Position numbers and translations under genes: made by a program. DNA of 64,000 nt from Scyliorhinus canicula (taxonomy: Eukaryota). Of the stretch, positions 1 to 11,802 are shown piece by piece. Numbering within the stretch: position 1 is the first letter of the stretch; every line of letters begins with the position of its first letter. The notes beneath the pieces are model-generated. The model made no database searches. It was not told the DNA's origin and saw only the letters and a list, made by a program, of their open reading frames with translations. The stretch covers positions 19,383,053-19,447,052 of the forward strand of contig NC_052173.1 of NCBI RefSeq assembly GCF_902713615.1. The letters run 5' to 3'.

Positions 1-462
1 TGGTCCGTGAAACCTGGTAGGAGGTCCGAGCTGCCCTGGATGGGATCGAGAAAGGAAGTCAGTTTAGATCTCCCTTCTAATTGACCGACCATCCTCCACA
101 TTCTAAGAGTATTAATAATTATAAGATTTTTGCATCTTTGCGAACCTGACCTAAAGTCCTTGTAACATAACAAGACCTGTAAAGGACACACCAACAGGCC
201 TGCTGCAATATCGAGCCAAATGGAAGTGGGATCCTTTCTAACCCAGTCCCTTATATAAACCCAAGATGAGAGGCTAATTGCTACAATCTAATATTTGGGA
301 CCCCCAAATCTCCGATTGGGAGGTGCAACTTAATGAACTTCAAACGAGGCTTTTAATTCTTAATAAACAAGCTAATCATCCATTGATCCATTGACCTCCT
401 GTAAGACTCTAGCAGACAGTAAGATTGGCAACATCTGTAAGGAATCTAGGCAACACATTCAT

Positions 463-648
463 GGGGCTGGCTAAGCACAGTGGGCTAAACAGCTGGCTTG
501 TAATGCAGAACAATGCCAGCAACGCGGGTTCAATTCTTGTACTGGCCTCCCCGAATAGGCGCTGGAATGTGGTGACTAGGGGCTTTTCACAGTAACTTCA
601 TTGAAGCCTACTTGTCACAATATGCAATTATTATATAATTATTATTAT
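463..648 (+). mobile_element. tRNA-derived SINE (no V domain) with Rex-Babar-like tail and (TTA)n end
   Basis: A-box-like start, B box gggttcaattc, tail shared with SINEs at 10658 and 60795. The same head occurs on the minus strand at ~63715-63812. Confidence 0.7.
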
Positions 649-1404
649 CTTAAATGAAGCAATCCTACCCAGCCACGATACTGACAGGGAGGACGGTTTT
701 CTCTGCATCAAGGGAAATCGCAAACCCATCCAACACCCACTTTTGGAAAAAACTTGAATCACATTCAGTAACCTTGTTACATTATTGCTGGAAAACCGAC
801 CTTTTATGAGCCCAGTCGGGTCCCCCCCCCCCCCCCGAATGATCAACTGGAGAATTCCCTCCAAACACTGTGCCAATACTTTAAACAACAATTTTGAATC
901 AACATTCAGAAACAAAATTGGCCGACAGGAAGGACATTCCTCCAGCGTCTCGCCTGCCTTCAAAATCGGGGAAATATTTGTTCCAAGAGCATTGGTGGTA
1001 ACAGACCTGCCTCAGATGAATGACAGTACGTGCCTATTAATAGGTCCTTAAATTACCTGTAAAAGTAACACCCAAAACCATTTGGCCCAGGGGCCTTGTC
1101 TGATCAGCACTCCCCAATGGCCATAGCCACCTCTCTTAGAGATAGGAGCGTTAAGGACCAATCCTCCAAAGCCTTACAAAGCTCGCAGGAAGAGAAGAAG
1201 CACTCCATGCATGTCGATACATCTCCAGATTGGCCCAACTTATACAGTTCAGCATAAAGATCACTAAATGCCTTAATTGGTTTTAATTAGTGGAATCACA
1301 TATGGAGGGAATAGTCATAGAATCAGCCATCGTCTTCGTCAAAGAGCCCAAGTATGTACTCGGCTTGTTCCCGAACTCCTACAATTTTTGCTTCACAAAC
1401 CTTT

Positions 1405-1631
1405 TTTAAAAAATAAATTTAGAGTAGCCAATTATTTTTATTTTTCCAATTAAGGGGCAATTTAATGTGGCCAATCCACCTATCCTGCACATCTTTGGGT
1501 TGTGGGGGTGAGACCCACGCAGACAGGGGGAGAATGTGCAAACTCCACACGGACAGTGACCCAGGACCGGGATTCGAACCCAGGTCCTCAGCGCCGCAGT
1601 CCCAGTGCTATCCACTGCCCAACATGCCGCC
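1405..1631 (-). mobile_element. V-domain SINE, short A-rich tail type, 15-bp TSD tttgcttcacaaacc
   Basis: tRNA-like head, V-domain core gtgtggagtttgcacattctcccc...ggtggattggcca, TSD on both flanks. Confidence 0.9.
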
Positions 1632-2610
1632 TTTGCTTCACAAACCGAAGACTCCTCTCGGCCTGCTGGGTCAGCAAGGAATCAAGCCACCCAAGTCACG
1701 TTAATCTCCTTCAACAATTGCCAATTAGGATTCCTCCTGTCATCCTCCACTTGGCCAATGCAGCCTCCAACCAGCGCTGGCTTCCCAGCAATCTACACCT
1801 TTTGATGCCTGTATAAGAAATAAACCCCCCTCCCCCTCCCGCCACCGAGCATAAGCCTTGCAGGTTTCCCCACAAAAGTCACATCACAAAGACCTAGTTT
1901 AAAAAAAAAAGTTTGATCTCTTTCTTTAAAATATGTAGTAAAGGATTTATCCCTAGGCATAGACGCGTCAAAACACAATGACTAGATCGAGGGGGCAAGC
2001 CCTCGAGTTAAAACCTAAGGCGGGAGCATGGTCAGAGAACACGATGCTACCTATAGAACAGGGAGATACCAAATGTAGAATTGCCCTCGGCACAAAGACA
2101 TAGTCAAATCTAATATAACGTTGATGAACTGAGACAAATATAACTTTATCTCTAGGATGCAAAGTTGTCCGCAAGTCTAAGTATCACACCTCCTCACATA
2201 CTGACGCCAACGCTCTTGCCTGTAGGCTGGGGGTGTAATGCAGACTGGGGGGATTTCTGATTACTGGGAGTTTATCCATCAAGTGATACAAATGGAATTG
2301 AAGTCCCCGCCCACAAGAATTGGTCGAAGCCAGCTCTGCAAAGTCCATGAAGACTTTAGTAACAAACTTTGAGTAGTGATTTGGAGGGCCATACATATTC
2401 ATTACTGAAACAGATTCTCCATGTACAAGCCCCTCCCCCGCTTATCCATCACATGGAAGTATGTGTTGATTATAGGCAGCTGCGTTGTGTCCATCCTAAT
2501 TATTAACAGGGTTATAGGAAGAAGGCAGGAGAATGGGGATGAGAAACATAACAGCCATGATTGAATGGTGGTGCAGACTTGATGGGCCAAATGGCCTAAG
2601 TCTGCTCCTG

Positions 2611-2935
2611 TTGGTAGCATAGTGGTTAGCACAGTTACTTCACAGCTCCAGCGTCCCATGTTCGATTCCCGGCTTGGGTCACTCTCTGTGCGGAGTCTGC
2701 ATGTTCTCCCCGTGTCTGCGTGGGTTTCCTCCGGGTGCTCCGGTTTCCTCCCACAGGCCAAAGATGTGTGGGTTAGGTGGATTTGCCATGCTAAATTGCC
2801 CCATAGTGTCCAAAAAAGGTTGGGTGAGGTTACGGGGATAGTGTGATGGTGTGGACTTGGGTAGGGTGCTCTTTCCAAGAGCGGGTGCAGACTCAATGGG
2901 CCAAATGGCCTCCTTCTGCACTGTTGATTCTATGT
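2611..2935 (+). mobile_element. V-domain SINE, HE1-like with CR1-type tail, inserted in a CR1 3' fragment
   Basis: Full V core with cctccgggtgctccggtttcc; tail ggtgcagactcaatgggccaaatggcctccttctgcactgt...ttctatg. Confidence 0.85.
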
Positions 2936-3244
2936 CTTATGGGTTGAGACTGCCCATAGTCATTTATTAGGATCATTAAAGCTGACAGATAATGGAGACT
3001 TTCATCCTATGATTCAATAAAGTTTCTTCAATAACTCTTATAATGCATCTTGGGACGTTTTTAACCACGTTAAAAGCACTGTGAATGGATAGTATTGTTG
3101 TACATTGGTATGATTTGGGTTTAAACCGTGTCCCTTAGTCCTCAAATGATGAAAGGTCATCTATCCTGGGACTGTAATCTGGAAAATCACCTTTATATTT
3201 CTCTGTGTTAAGTGGCCATTATTTTCTTGTCTTTTTCCCTTTAG

Positions 3245-3409
3245 CAACTCTCCCTCCTTCCTTTGGTGGAACCTACCATTGAGGTGAACTTTGGTCTCTT
3301 TCCTCCATTTGGGAGTGGTCCATTCAACAGCAAAAACCAGCTGAAAGGGTCTTTTGGGAATGCAGTGCTTGATAGTGCTCCCGATTACTACTCACAACTT
3401 CTCTTTAAG
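3245..3409 (+). CDS. KMT2D: KMT2D internal coding exon (QLSLLPLVEP...DYYSQLLFK); gene continues upstream of the window
   Basis: Polypyrimidine+ttag acceptor, AAG|gtaaat donor, 165 nt phase 0/0. Peptide matches the recalled KMT2D segment 'LSLLPL.EP.I..NF.LF.PFGSG...PDYYSQLL.K'. Confidence 0.9.
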
Positions 3410-3779
3410 GTAAATGTGACTAACATGAAGCATTTATTTAAGTCAAGGTTCAACACAGTTTTGCCTTCAAGTTACATAAGAGGTTAAAGACCAGGTTTGC
3501 GCACGCTAAATCATCTTTCGTTTATTCTGATTAAAATGTTACAGATCTCAACTGTTTGTCTCAACCAAGTATCCAAAGGAAAGGCAAAGCCAATCAATTG
3601 AAATGTGGGATTTGTTCAAATATTTGGTTGGCAGTGTTTTTTTTTAAAGAAATGTATTATTATTTAAATTTGATCTCCTCTATATCGGAGAGACCAAACG
3701 CAGACTGGGTGATCGCTTTGCTGAGCACCTTCGGTCTGTGCGCATTCAGGACCCTGACCTTCCCGTTGCTTGCCATTTT

Positions 3780-6700
3780 TTTAATATAAATGTTTTTATT
3801 GGGTTTTTGAACAAGGTATAATTACCGTTATATACACAGAATAAGAAACATATATCTATATATATTCACATATTTAGAAGAGAAGGGCACACCCCAACAT
3901 AGAATACAATAAAATATGAAATAGACTAACTGGTGGGGTACTGTGCACCAGATCGACAGCGGCAGCTCTGTGCATCTGGCTGAATTATTTACACCACGTA
4001 CGTTCGCGACTGTTTGCGGGGGGGGGAGGGGGGGCAAATATACATTTTGGTGCCGGGGAGATAACCACAGTGTGCAACACCTGGCCGGGTCGCGTGCCGC
4101 TGTCGCCCGCCTCTCCCGGACGGTTCTCTCCGCCGTCCCCGCTGCTCCTCCCGTCCTCCATCCCCAACCTCCTCGTTCCCCGCTCCTGGAGATGTCATGC
4201 ACGTTTTGGCATCACGTGCCTTCCTTCCGGCTCCCGTTTCCCTGCCCCCGCCCCATCACACTGGTTCTCCTCTCCTATCCCTCCACGGTTCGCCCCTCCC
4301 TCCTCAAGTTCAGCTGCCTCCCCCCCCCATTGTGGTTCGCCTTTCTTTCTTCAGGTTTAGCTGCCCCCTCCCTCCCAGTCTATCTCTCCCTTTCATGCCT
4401 TAGCTCCCCTCCCCTGATTCTTGACTAAGTTCCCCTGATTCTTGGCCACCCGACTATTCTTCCTCTTGTTCGTTGGCCACAAACAGGTCCCGGAAAAGTT
4501 GCGTGAATGGCTCCCACGTTCTGTAGAAGCCGTCGTCCGACCCTCGGATGGGGAATTTGATTTTCTCCATTTGGAGAGATTCCGAGAGGTCAGACAGCCA
4601 GTCTGCAGTTCTGGGTTGTGCTGCTGACCGCCAGCCAAACAGGATTCTACGCCGGGCGATCAGGGAGGCAAAGGCAAGGGAGTCCGCCCTCCTCCCCAGG
4701 GATAGATCTGGCTGGTCCGAGACCCCAAAGACCGCCACTATCAGGCATAGCTCCACCCTCACCCCCACCACTTTGGACATTGCCTCGAAGAAGGCTGTCC
4801 AGTACTCCACCAGTCTGGAGCAAGACCACAACATGTGAGCGTGGTTGGCTGGGCCTACTTGGCACCGTTCACATCTATCCTCCACCTCCGGGAAGAACCT
4901 ACTCATACGGTTTCTTGTTAGGTGGGCTCTATGTACCACTTTTAGCTGCGTCAGGCTGAGCCTTGCGCACGTGGAGGTGGAGTTGACCCTATGCAGTGCT
5001 CCGCTCCAGAGTCCCCATCCTATCTCAATCCCCAGGTGGTCCTCCCATTTCTTTCTTCTTGTGTCCAGTACGGTGTCGGCCCTTTCTGTCAGTCGGTCGT
5101 ACATGTCACTACAGTTCCCCTTATCTAAGATACTTGCGTCCAGTAGGTCTTCCAGTAGTGTCTGTCGTGGCGGTTGTGGGTACGTCCTTGTCTCCTTTCG
5201 TAAGAAGTTTTTGAGCTGCAGATACCGTAGCTCGTTCCCCCTGGCTAGATGAAATTTCTCTGTCAGTTCGTCCAGTGTTGCGATCCTGCCGTCCGTATAT
5301 AGGTCCCTGACTGTCAGTGTCCCTCCGTCCTGCCTCCACCTTTTGAAGGTGGCGTCAGTCAGTGCTGGTGTGAACCTATGGTTGTTGCAGATGGGAGCCT
5401 TGTCCGACATTTTGGTCAGGCCAAATTGCTGCCGCAGTTGGTTCCAGGATTGGAGGGTGGCTATCACCACCGGGCTGCTGGGGAATGGGAATGCTGCCGT
5501 GGCGAGGGCCCGGAGGGAGGTCCCCACGCAGGAGGCCTCCTCCGCACGCACCCACTCGGCCTCTGGCTCCTGTATCCATCCCCTTACTCGCTCGGCTGTT
5601 GCCGCCCAGTGGTAGAATTGTAGGTTTGGGAGGGCTAGCCCCCCCCCCTGGATTTTGATTTTTGTAGGACCTTCTTTGGGATCCTAGCATTTTTAGCCCC
5701 CCATACGAACGCCATGATTAGTTTGTCCAGCAAGGCCTTGGGGATGTAGATCGGGATGGATCTAAACAGGAAGAGGAACCTGGGCAGTACGTTCATTTTG
5801 ATCGTCTGGACTCTCCCCGTGAGGGAGATTGGGAGTGTGTTCCATCTTTGCAGGTCCTTTTTTACTTCCTCCGTCAGGCTGGTGAGGTTCCATTTGTGGA
5901 TCCCTTTCCAGTCATGGGCTATTTGGATCCCCAGGTAGCAGAATTTGTGTCGGGCTTGTTTAAACGGCAGTCCTGTTAGTGCTGCTCTCATTTTTGCTCA
6001 TGTTGAGTTTGTAGCCCGAGAAGGCTCCAAACTCTTTCATGAGCGCGATGATCCTGCCCAAGCTGCTCTGTGGGTCCAAAATGTAGAGGAGCAGGTCATC
6101 TGCATAGAGTGAGACTCTGTGCTCTCTGCCTCCCCTTCGGATCCCCCTCCACCTTTTTGCTGCCCTGAGCACGATTGCTAGCGGTCCGATCGCTAGGGCG
6201 AACAGCAGCGGGGACAGTGGGCATCCTTGTCTGGTGCCCCTGTGCAGCTGGAAGTATTGGGAGTTGGTATTGTTGGTCCGTACGCTCGCCATGGGAGTGT
6301 TGTATAGGAGCTTTACCCAGGAGGTGAATCCTGTTCCAAGCCCGAACCGCTCCAGTACCTCGATGAGGTATTTCCATTCGACTCTGTCGAAGGCCTTTTC
6401 TGCGTCCAGGGAGACGATCACCTCTTGTGTTCTCTCCCCGGAGGGGGTCATTATCACGTTCAGCAGGCGCCTGATGTTCGAGGTAAGCTGTCTACCTTTG
6501 ACGAAGCCCGTCTGGTCCTCTGTGACCACCTCAGGTACACAGTCTTCTAGCCTTTTGGCTAGGATTTTGGCCAGTATTTAGGCGTCTGCGTTCAGCAGAG
6601 ATATGGGTCTGTATGACCCACATTCCGTTGGGTCTTTGTCTTTCTTAGGTATCAGCGAGATTGAGGCCTGTGCTAACGTGGGTGGCAGTGTGCCCCTAGC

Positions 6701-6911
6701 TAACGAGTCTGTGAACATCTCCCGCAGGTGCGGGGCCAGCGCTGTCGCAAGTTTTTTGTAGAAGTCCGCCGGGAATCCGTTCGGTCCCGGCGCCTTCCCC
6801 GTCTGCATGGAGCTAATGCTGTCCATGATCTCTCCCAGTGCTAGTGGTGCTTCCAGGCCCTGTTTTCTGCCCTCCCCCACGACTGGAATGTCCAGTCCAT
6901 CAAGGAACAGT
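3780..6911 (-). mobile_element. 5'-truncated L1/Tx1-clade LINE (RT, Cys-rich C-terminus, CpG-rich 3' UTR, AATAAA, A tail) with 14-bp TSD
   Basis: RT motifs KAPGPNGF, YRPISLLN, QTGFVKGR, GTRQGCPLSP, LYADD. TSD ttgcttgccatttt at 3766-3779 and 6912-6925. Confidence 0.92.
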
Positions 6912-7150
6912 TTGCTTGCCATTTTAACACAAGACCCTACTCCCATGCCCACATGTCTGTCCTTGGCCTGCTGCAGTGTTCCAGTGAAGTTCAACGCAAA
7001 CTGGAGGAACAACATCTCGTCTTCCGGTTAGGCACGCTACAGCCTTCTGGCCTGAACATCGAATTCAACAACTTCAGATGATTCGCTCTACCCCACCTAG
7101 ACCTATTTGTTTTCATCCCATTTCATTTTGACTGTCTCTTGCCATTTCTT

Positions 7151-7792
7151 CCTCTCGTGTCTGCGGATATCCACGATGGGGGTTTTAAATTTATTTTAAA
7201 ATCTATGCATGCGCTTCCCATTGTGAGTCTACGGGGGGCGGCTCACACAGCCTTGCCTTTGAAACTGACATGCAGCGCAGGGTGCAAGCGCGTGCGGCAG
7301 AAGAGGTGCAGACAGCAAGACCTTGTAAGTTCCTGGTAAGTTTCTGTGGGTTGTTTTAATTAGATCCACGATGGGGGTTTTAAATTTATTTAAAAATCTA
7401 TGCATGCGCTTCCCATTGTGAGTCTATGGGGGGCGGGGGGAGAGGTCAGACCCCCTTAGACTCACAATGGGAAGCGCATGCATAGATTTTTAAATAAATT
7501 TAAAACCCCCATCGTGGATCTAATTAAAACAACCCACAGAAACTTGCCAGGAACTTACAAGGTCTTGCTGTCTGCACCCCATCTGCCGCACGCGCTTGTC
7601 AGTTTCAAAGGCAAGGCTGTGTGAGCTGCTACTCTCTCACTGAATCTCAGTGAGAGAGGAGCAGCCGGCAGTGTCAATTTCAGCGGCCGGCTCACTTTGA
7701 TCCGGAGAGGGAAGCTGACAGTTGGGGTCCATAAGCCCCCTCGCCGTATATCGCGAACCGCGGTATTGCGGAGCACGGTATAACGGGGGACT
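7151..7792. mobile_element. Rearranged Tigger/pogo-like non-autonomous DNA transposon fragment containing a long palindrome
   Basis: Right end (revcomp tagtcccccgttataccg...taccgcg...tacggcg) resembles a pogo/Tigger TIR with subterminal repeats and abuts a TA run. Inverted arms at 7241-7426 and 7457-7626. No matching left TIR seen. Confidence 0.5.
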
Positions 7793-8677
7793 ATATATAT
7801 ATTAACCTCCCCCCACCTGATCCACCTTTCCTTGCCCTTTCTCCCCTTTGCTTCTCCTCCCCCCCCCCCCCCCACCACCACACACACACATCTACATCTG
7901 TCACAGTTTACCCTCTGATGTTGGTTTCTCTGCTGTTTGGCCTCTCACACCTTTTTGTTCTCTCTGGGGACTGCCATTAGTACTCTGTTCCCATGGTTTC
8001 TGTGGCTATTAGCACCCCGTTTCCCTGGGTTTCTGTGGCTATGACTCATCTTTCATTCTCACTCAACAGTATGTCTTATGGTCTTACACCGTCTCCAGTG
8101 CCTCGGTATCCTTTTTATAATATGACAACTAGAACTGCACGCAGTAATCTGTAAATTGTTTAGTTGAACAATTCTAGCCAAGTGTTATTTTTGACTTTCA
8201 TAGGAAGATAAAAAAGAAACCTATGTAAAATCTGTTATGCCTGATAGCTGCTGTTCACGTATTCTTTTACTGCTTCATGAATTTGGCAATTATAACCTAA
8301 TTTACTGTCTAGTATGGTGTATTCTGCACTCTTCCAAAATCGAGAAGCATCACATATGGGGGTATGTGATAAAACCAGCAAGTCAAAAATTATGATGTCC
8401 AGTCCCTGTGCATGCTCCTAATTTTGTAAGTATCTGGACAAGTGAAATATTGAATGGAACATATTGCGGTGACGGCCCACACACACAAGCCATCCAAGAT
8501 GCTGAACCCAAAAATAAAGCAAAACGGGTAAATCCATGTAAAGGGCCTTTGTTGTAAAAAGTATTTCACTACTACATCTTGCTGGTATTTGCTGCTTTAT
8601 ATCTCAAAAACCTTAAATAAGGTTGCCTCTTAATAGTCAAGAATTTAGTTAATTAATTTTCTATCATTCTTTAGCAG

Positions 8678-8816
8678 AACAATCTGAGCAATCCACCAAC
8701 TCCACCTTCCTCGTTACCTCCCACCCCTCCTCCCTCTGTCCAGCAGAAACTGGTGAACGGATTGGCCACTTCTGAGGAGCTGACAGAAGGGCAGAATGAA
8801 CTCGAAGGGCAAAAGG
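8678..8816 (+). CDS. KMT2D: KMT2D exon (NNLSNPPTPPSSLPPTPPPSVQQK...); alternative acceptor would start at 8675
   Basis: tag-cag tandem acceptor, G|gtatga donor, phase 0/1. NNLSNPPTPPSSLPPTPPPSVQQK matches KMT2D as recalled. Confidence 0.92.
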
Positions 8817-10069
8817 GTATGAGAATTTGGTAGAGTTGAATTATTTGGCACAATATATGTGACATGATCTAACCAAAGTTTTAGGTTTAAGCCAAAGCCT
8901 TCCCTGAATGAGTCTCATAGTTGTGTATCCTGACTGCAGAGAATTATTGGGGGGGAACCACATACTTGATTGTTCCATTATTATGCTTGGCAAAGTAGTG
9001 CAGTGATTTGCTGTTGACTTCTGCAGTATACTTTCCTATATTGGAAAGTTTTACAGGCTGACAATCAACCTGTTTGGTCACATTATGGACACACCTTCCA
9101 TGTCCACCAAGTCCTGAAGTAGGACTCGAGACCAGAGCTTCTGGCCCAGAGGTAGGGACACTTCCACTCACGTCTCGTGTTATCACCTGTTTATAAAACA
9201 AATCTTGCTAATTAGAATTATAAATCCCATATAACTATTTTCTCAATTACATGCCCTTTTACAAAGGGGAGGCAGTTAGGTTACAGTTCAATAAAATTCT
9301 AGTTATCCTATGTGTTATTTTTTAAACAAAAGATAAAACTTGCACGTTAATTTGTTTAAAATATTGTTGCTATAATTTTGGATAAGAACTTCAGGCACTT
9401 CTCTATCTTACTATGCACAAGTGCAAAATTTAAAATTTGCACGATAGCAGTCAGACTTTAATGAAGAAAGGGTAGTTTGAATGTTCCGCCACAAAATATC
9501 ACGGGTGCACATTCGAACATTTGCATTGTGATGCAAAGCACACAATAAGCCCGAATGAAGTTGCAACTTTCACACCGTACTGGCTAAAACCTGAAACAAC
9601 AGTTGATGTTTCCTGCGACTATCTAAGTTTGTCAAATTGAATCTTGTTTGCTTTCTTATTGATGCCACAGCAAGTGACCAGCTCGCAAAACCAGATAACA
9701 AAGCAAATAAGATAGTTACTGCTGTGCACACCTGTGAGGCAATGCTACTGAAAGCCTGACCGATAGCAGCTCTGAAACCCTCATGCCATTTCTGTAGGAA
9801 TCACTAGACTGGAAATTCTAGTTCAAAAAGATTGATCTTAAAGTAGGAATGTAATATATATGAACTATTATTGTTTTCTTTTTTAAAAGTTGCCATGTAA
9901 GTGAAATCTCTTTGAACACGATTGTGCTTGATCACAGTTGATTTTCAGTGGAATGTAGCTGGTATGCTATATGGATCACTGATTTAGTTTGAAAACAATT
10001 GAATGTCATATAATCGTTTCTATATAGCACATTGTGGTGTAATGCTGTGTTTGTTCGACTTCATCACAG

Positions 10070-10151
10070 ATCTGCTAACAACGGAATTGAAGAATATGGA
10101 CATGTTGGCTTCCTTGCCTACTCCACCGCACAATCAAAATGAGGAGCTAAG
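10070..10151 (+). CDS. KMT2D: KMT2D exon (DLLTTELKNMDMLASLPTPPHNQNEELR)
   Basis: cacag acceptor, phase 1/2 keeps frame, LPTPPHNQ motif as in KMT2D. Donor AG|gttttt is weak. Confidence 0.82.
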
Positions 10152-10657
10152 GTTTTTATTCACAACTCCTCATTTCTTCTTCCCATTTTCGTGAAAACTC
10201 TTTGCCTATTTATGGTCTTCTGCTCCATGAATGTAAAGCTTTACTGTCTAGTGTACTAAAATCACAGTATGTTTTATTGTATTTAAATAGCAGAAGACAT
10301 AACTAATTATCTGCGATTTTGGCAATTTGTGCAAAAACATTACGCTGGCAATTTGCAAAAACATTACGCTTTCTCCCCTCTAATCGGTCCGCAACTTAAT
10401 TTTTGCTTAGTAAATAAGATTTTCCTAAAAACACGGAGACCAACAATAAGGGGGCAGTTATGTCAAGAAGTGCTGTTTTCCTATGCATTCAGTTCCCACT
10501 ATTTTACCTGAGCAGAGATTGCATGTTTAAAAATGGAAACAACCTTTCGAAGTTGTATTTTTAAAAAATCTCAATTCATAAAAGTTGCTGGCATTTTAAA
10601 CTTGAAACTTAATTGTAAGACAACAAGAGTAGTGTTTTAATGAATGTGAAGCTTAAT

Positions 10658-10986
10658 GGGCGGCATGGTAACATCGTGGTACGCACTGTTGCTTCACAGC
10701 GCCAGGGTCCCGGGTTCGATTCCCAGCTTGGGTTACTGTCATAACATCGAACATAGTCTGTGTGGAGTCTGCACGTTCTCCCTGTCTGTGCAGGTTTCCT
10801 CCGGATGCTCTGGTTTCCTCCCACAAGTCCCGAAAGATGTGCTTGTTAGGTGAATTGGACATTCTGAATTCTCCCTCTGTGACCCGAACAGGCGCCGGAA
10901 TGTGGCGACTAGGGGGTTTTTACAATTACTTCATTGCAGTGTTAATGTAAGCCTACTTGTGACAATAATAAAGATTATCATTATTA
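10658..10986 (+). mobile_element. V-domain SINE with Rex-Babar-like tail
   Basis: V core plus tail ggcgccggaatgtggcgactagggg...tacttgtgacaataa. Second copy at 60795-61105. Confidence 0.85.
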
Positions 10987-10987
10987 A

Positions 10988-11360
10988 GATGGTGGAGTTG
11001 TTCTCTGGACTATTAATCCAGAGGCCCAGGCTAATATTCTGGGGGCATGGATTCAAATCCCACGATAATAACTGGCGGAATTTAAATTAATTTAATATTA
11101 ATAAAATCTGGAATGTAACGCTAGTCTCGATAACGATGACCGAGTGTTGTAAAAATCCGCCAGTTTCACTGATGCCCATTAGGGAAGGAAATCTGACATC
11201 CTTACCTGGTCTGGCCTACACGTGACTACAGATCCACAGCAACGTGCTTGACTTTGAATTGCCCTCCAAAACGACCTAGCAAGCCTGGTTCGAGGGCAAT
11301 TAGAGTTGGCGACAAATGCTGGCAGCGACTTCCACATGTCATGAAATTATTTTTTAAAGA
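10988..11360 (+). mobile_element. Different tRNA-derived SINE (B box ggattcaaatccc; tail gggcaattag...aaatgctggc...ccacat)
   Basis: Pol III B box. A related tail lies in minus orientation at ~46357-46480. Confidence 0.55.
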
Positions 11361-11492
11361 GATAGTGTGATTGAAGCATAAGTTCAGAGGCAAGGTCTCA
11401 ACTGCAATGTATGTCCCTGCTTGCAGCTCAGGATGTTGCAGTATTTTTAAATCCTCCTAAAGAAGTTGAGTTTAAATTTTTTTCCTCAACAG

Positions 11493-11671
11493 TAGAGCAG
11501 AGATGGAAGAAGATCTACACACTCCAGACAGCATCGTGCCAGCATCCTCACCAGAAAGTGTGTTCGGACAGGAAACTTCCAGGTTTCCCTTGCTGACTGA
11601 AATTAAGGAAGAGTCAGTGGACCGTGCCCTCTCTCCTGTGATTCCCATAATTCCAGGAGCTTGCATCCCAG
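11493..11671 (+). CDS. KMT2D: KMT2D exon (..EMEEDLHTPDSIVPASSPES...DRALSPVIPIIPGACIP); alternative start 11496
   Basis: cag-tag tandem acceptor, G|gttggt donor, phase 2/1. PDSIVPASSPES and DRALSPVIP motifs of KMT2D. Confidence 0.9.
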
Positions 11672-11802
11672 GTTGGTGTGAGAAATTAATAATCAGCATT
11701 CAAGTAATGTTCATTCTTTTAAAGCAGGCTGACTCAGCCTGAGCCAGATTGGCGAAGGGGAAGGATTGTGGTCAAAGGGAGGCAGAGAAGGGATAGGTCA
11801 AA

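Larger units (their letters stand above)
1..2500 (-). mobile_element. Old, degenerate L1/Tx1-clade LINE (ORF2 EN and RT remnants), interrupted by SINEs
   Basis: Minus-strand remnants 'RPILFLNVDSKLLFKVLA...TGLIKGR...RLLNVI' (RT) and 'NMYGPPN...HRYIRFDYVF' (APE endonuclease). Confidence 0.75.
3672..8070 (+). mobile_element. Penelope-like element 3' remnant (GIY-YIG endonuclease C-terminus plus 3' UTR), split by an L1 (3780-6911) and a DNA-transposon-like insert (~7151-7792)
   Basis: Joining 3672-3779 to 6926-7081 restores LYIGETKRRLGDRFAEHLRSVRIQDPDLPVACHFNTRPYSHAHMSVLGLLQCSSEVQRKLEEQHLVFRLGTLQPSGLNIEFNNFR*. Confidence 0.8.

Noticed and set aside
10320-10370. Short tandem duplication tggcaattt(gt)gcaaaaacattacgc x2 (similar pair at ~14288-14338)
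   Set aside because: Ordinary local duplication with no sign of function.
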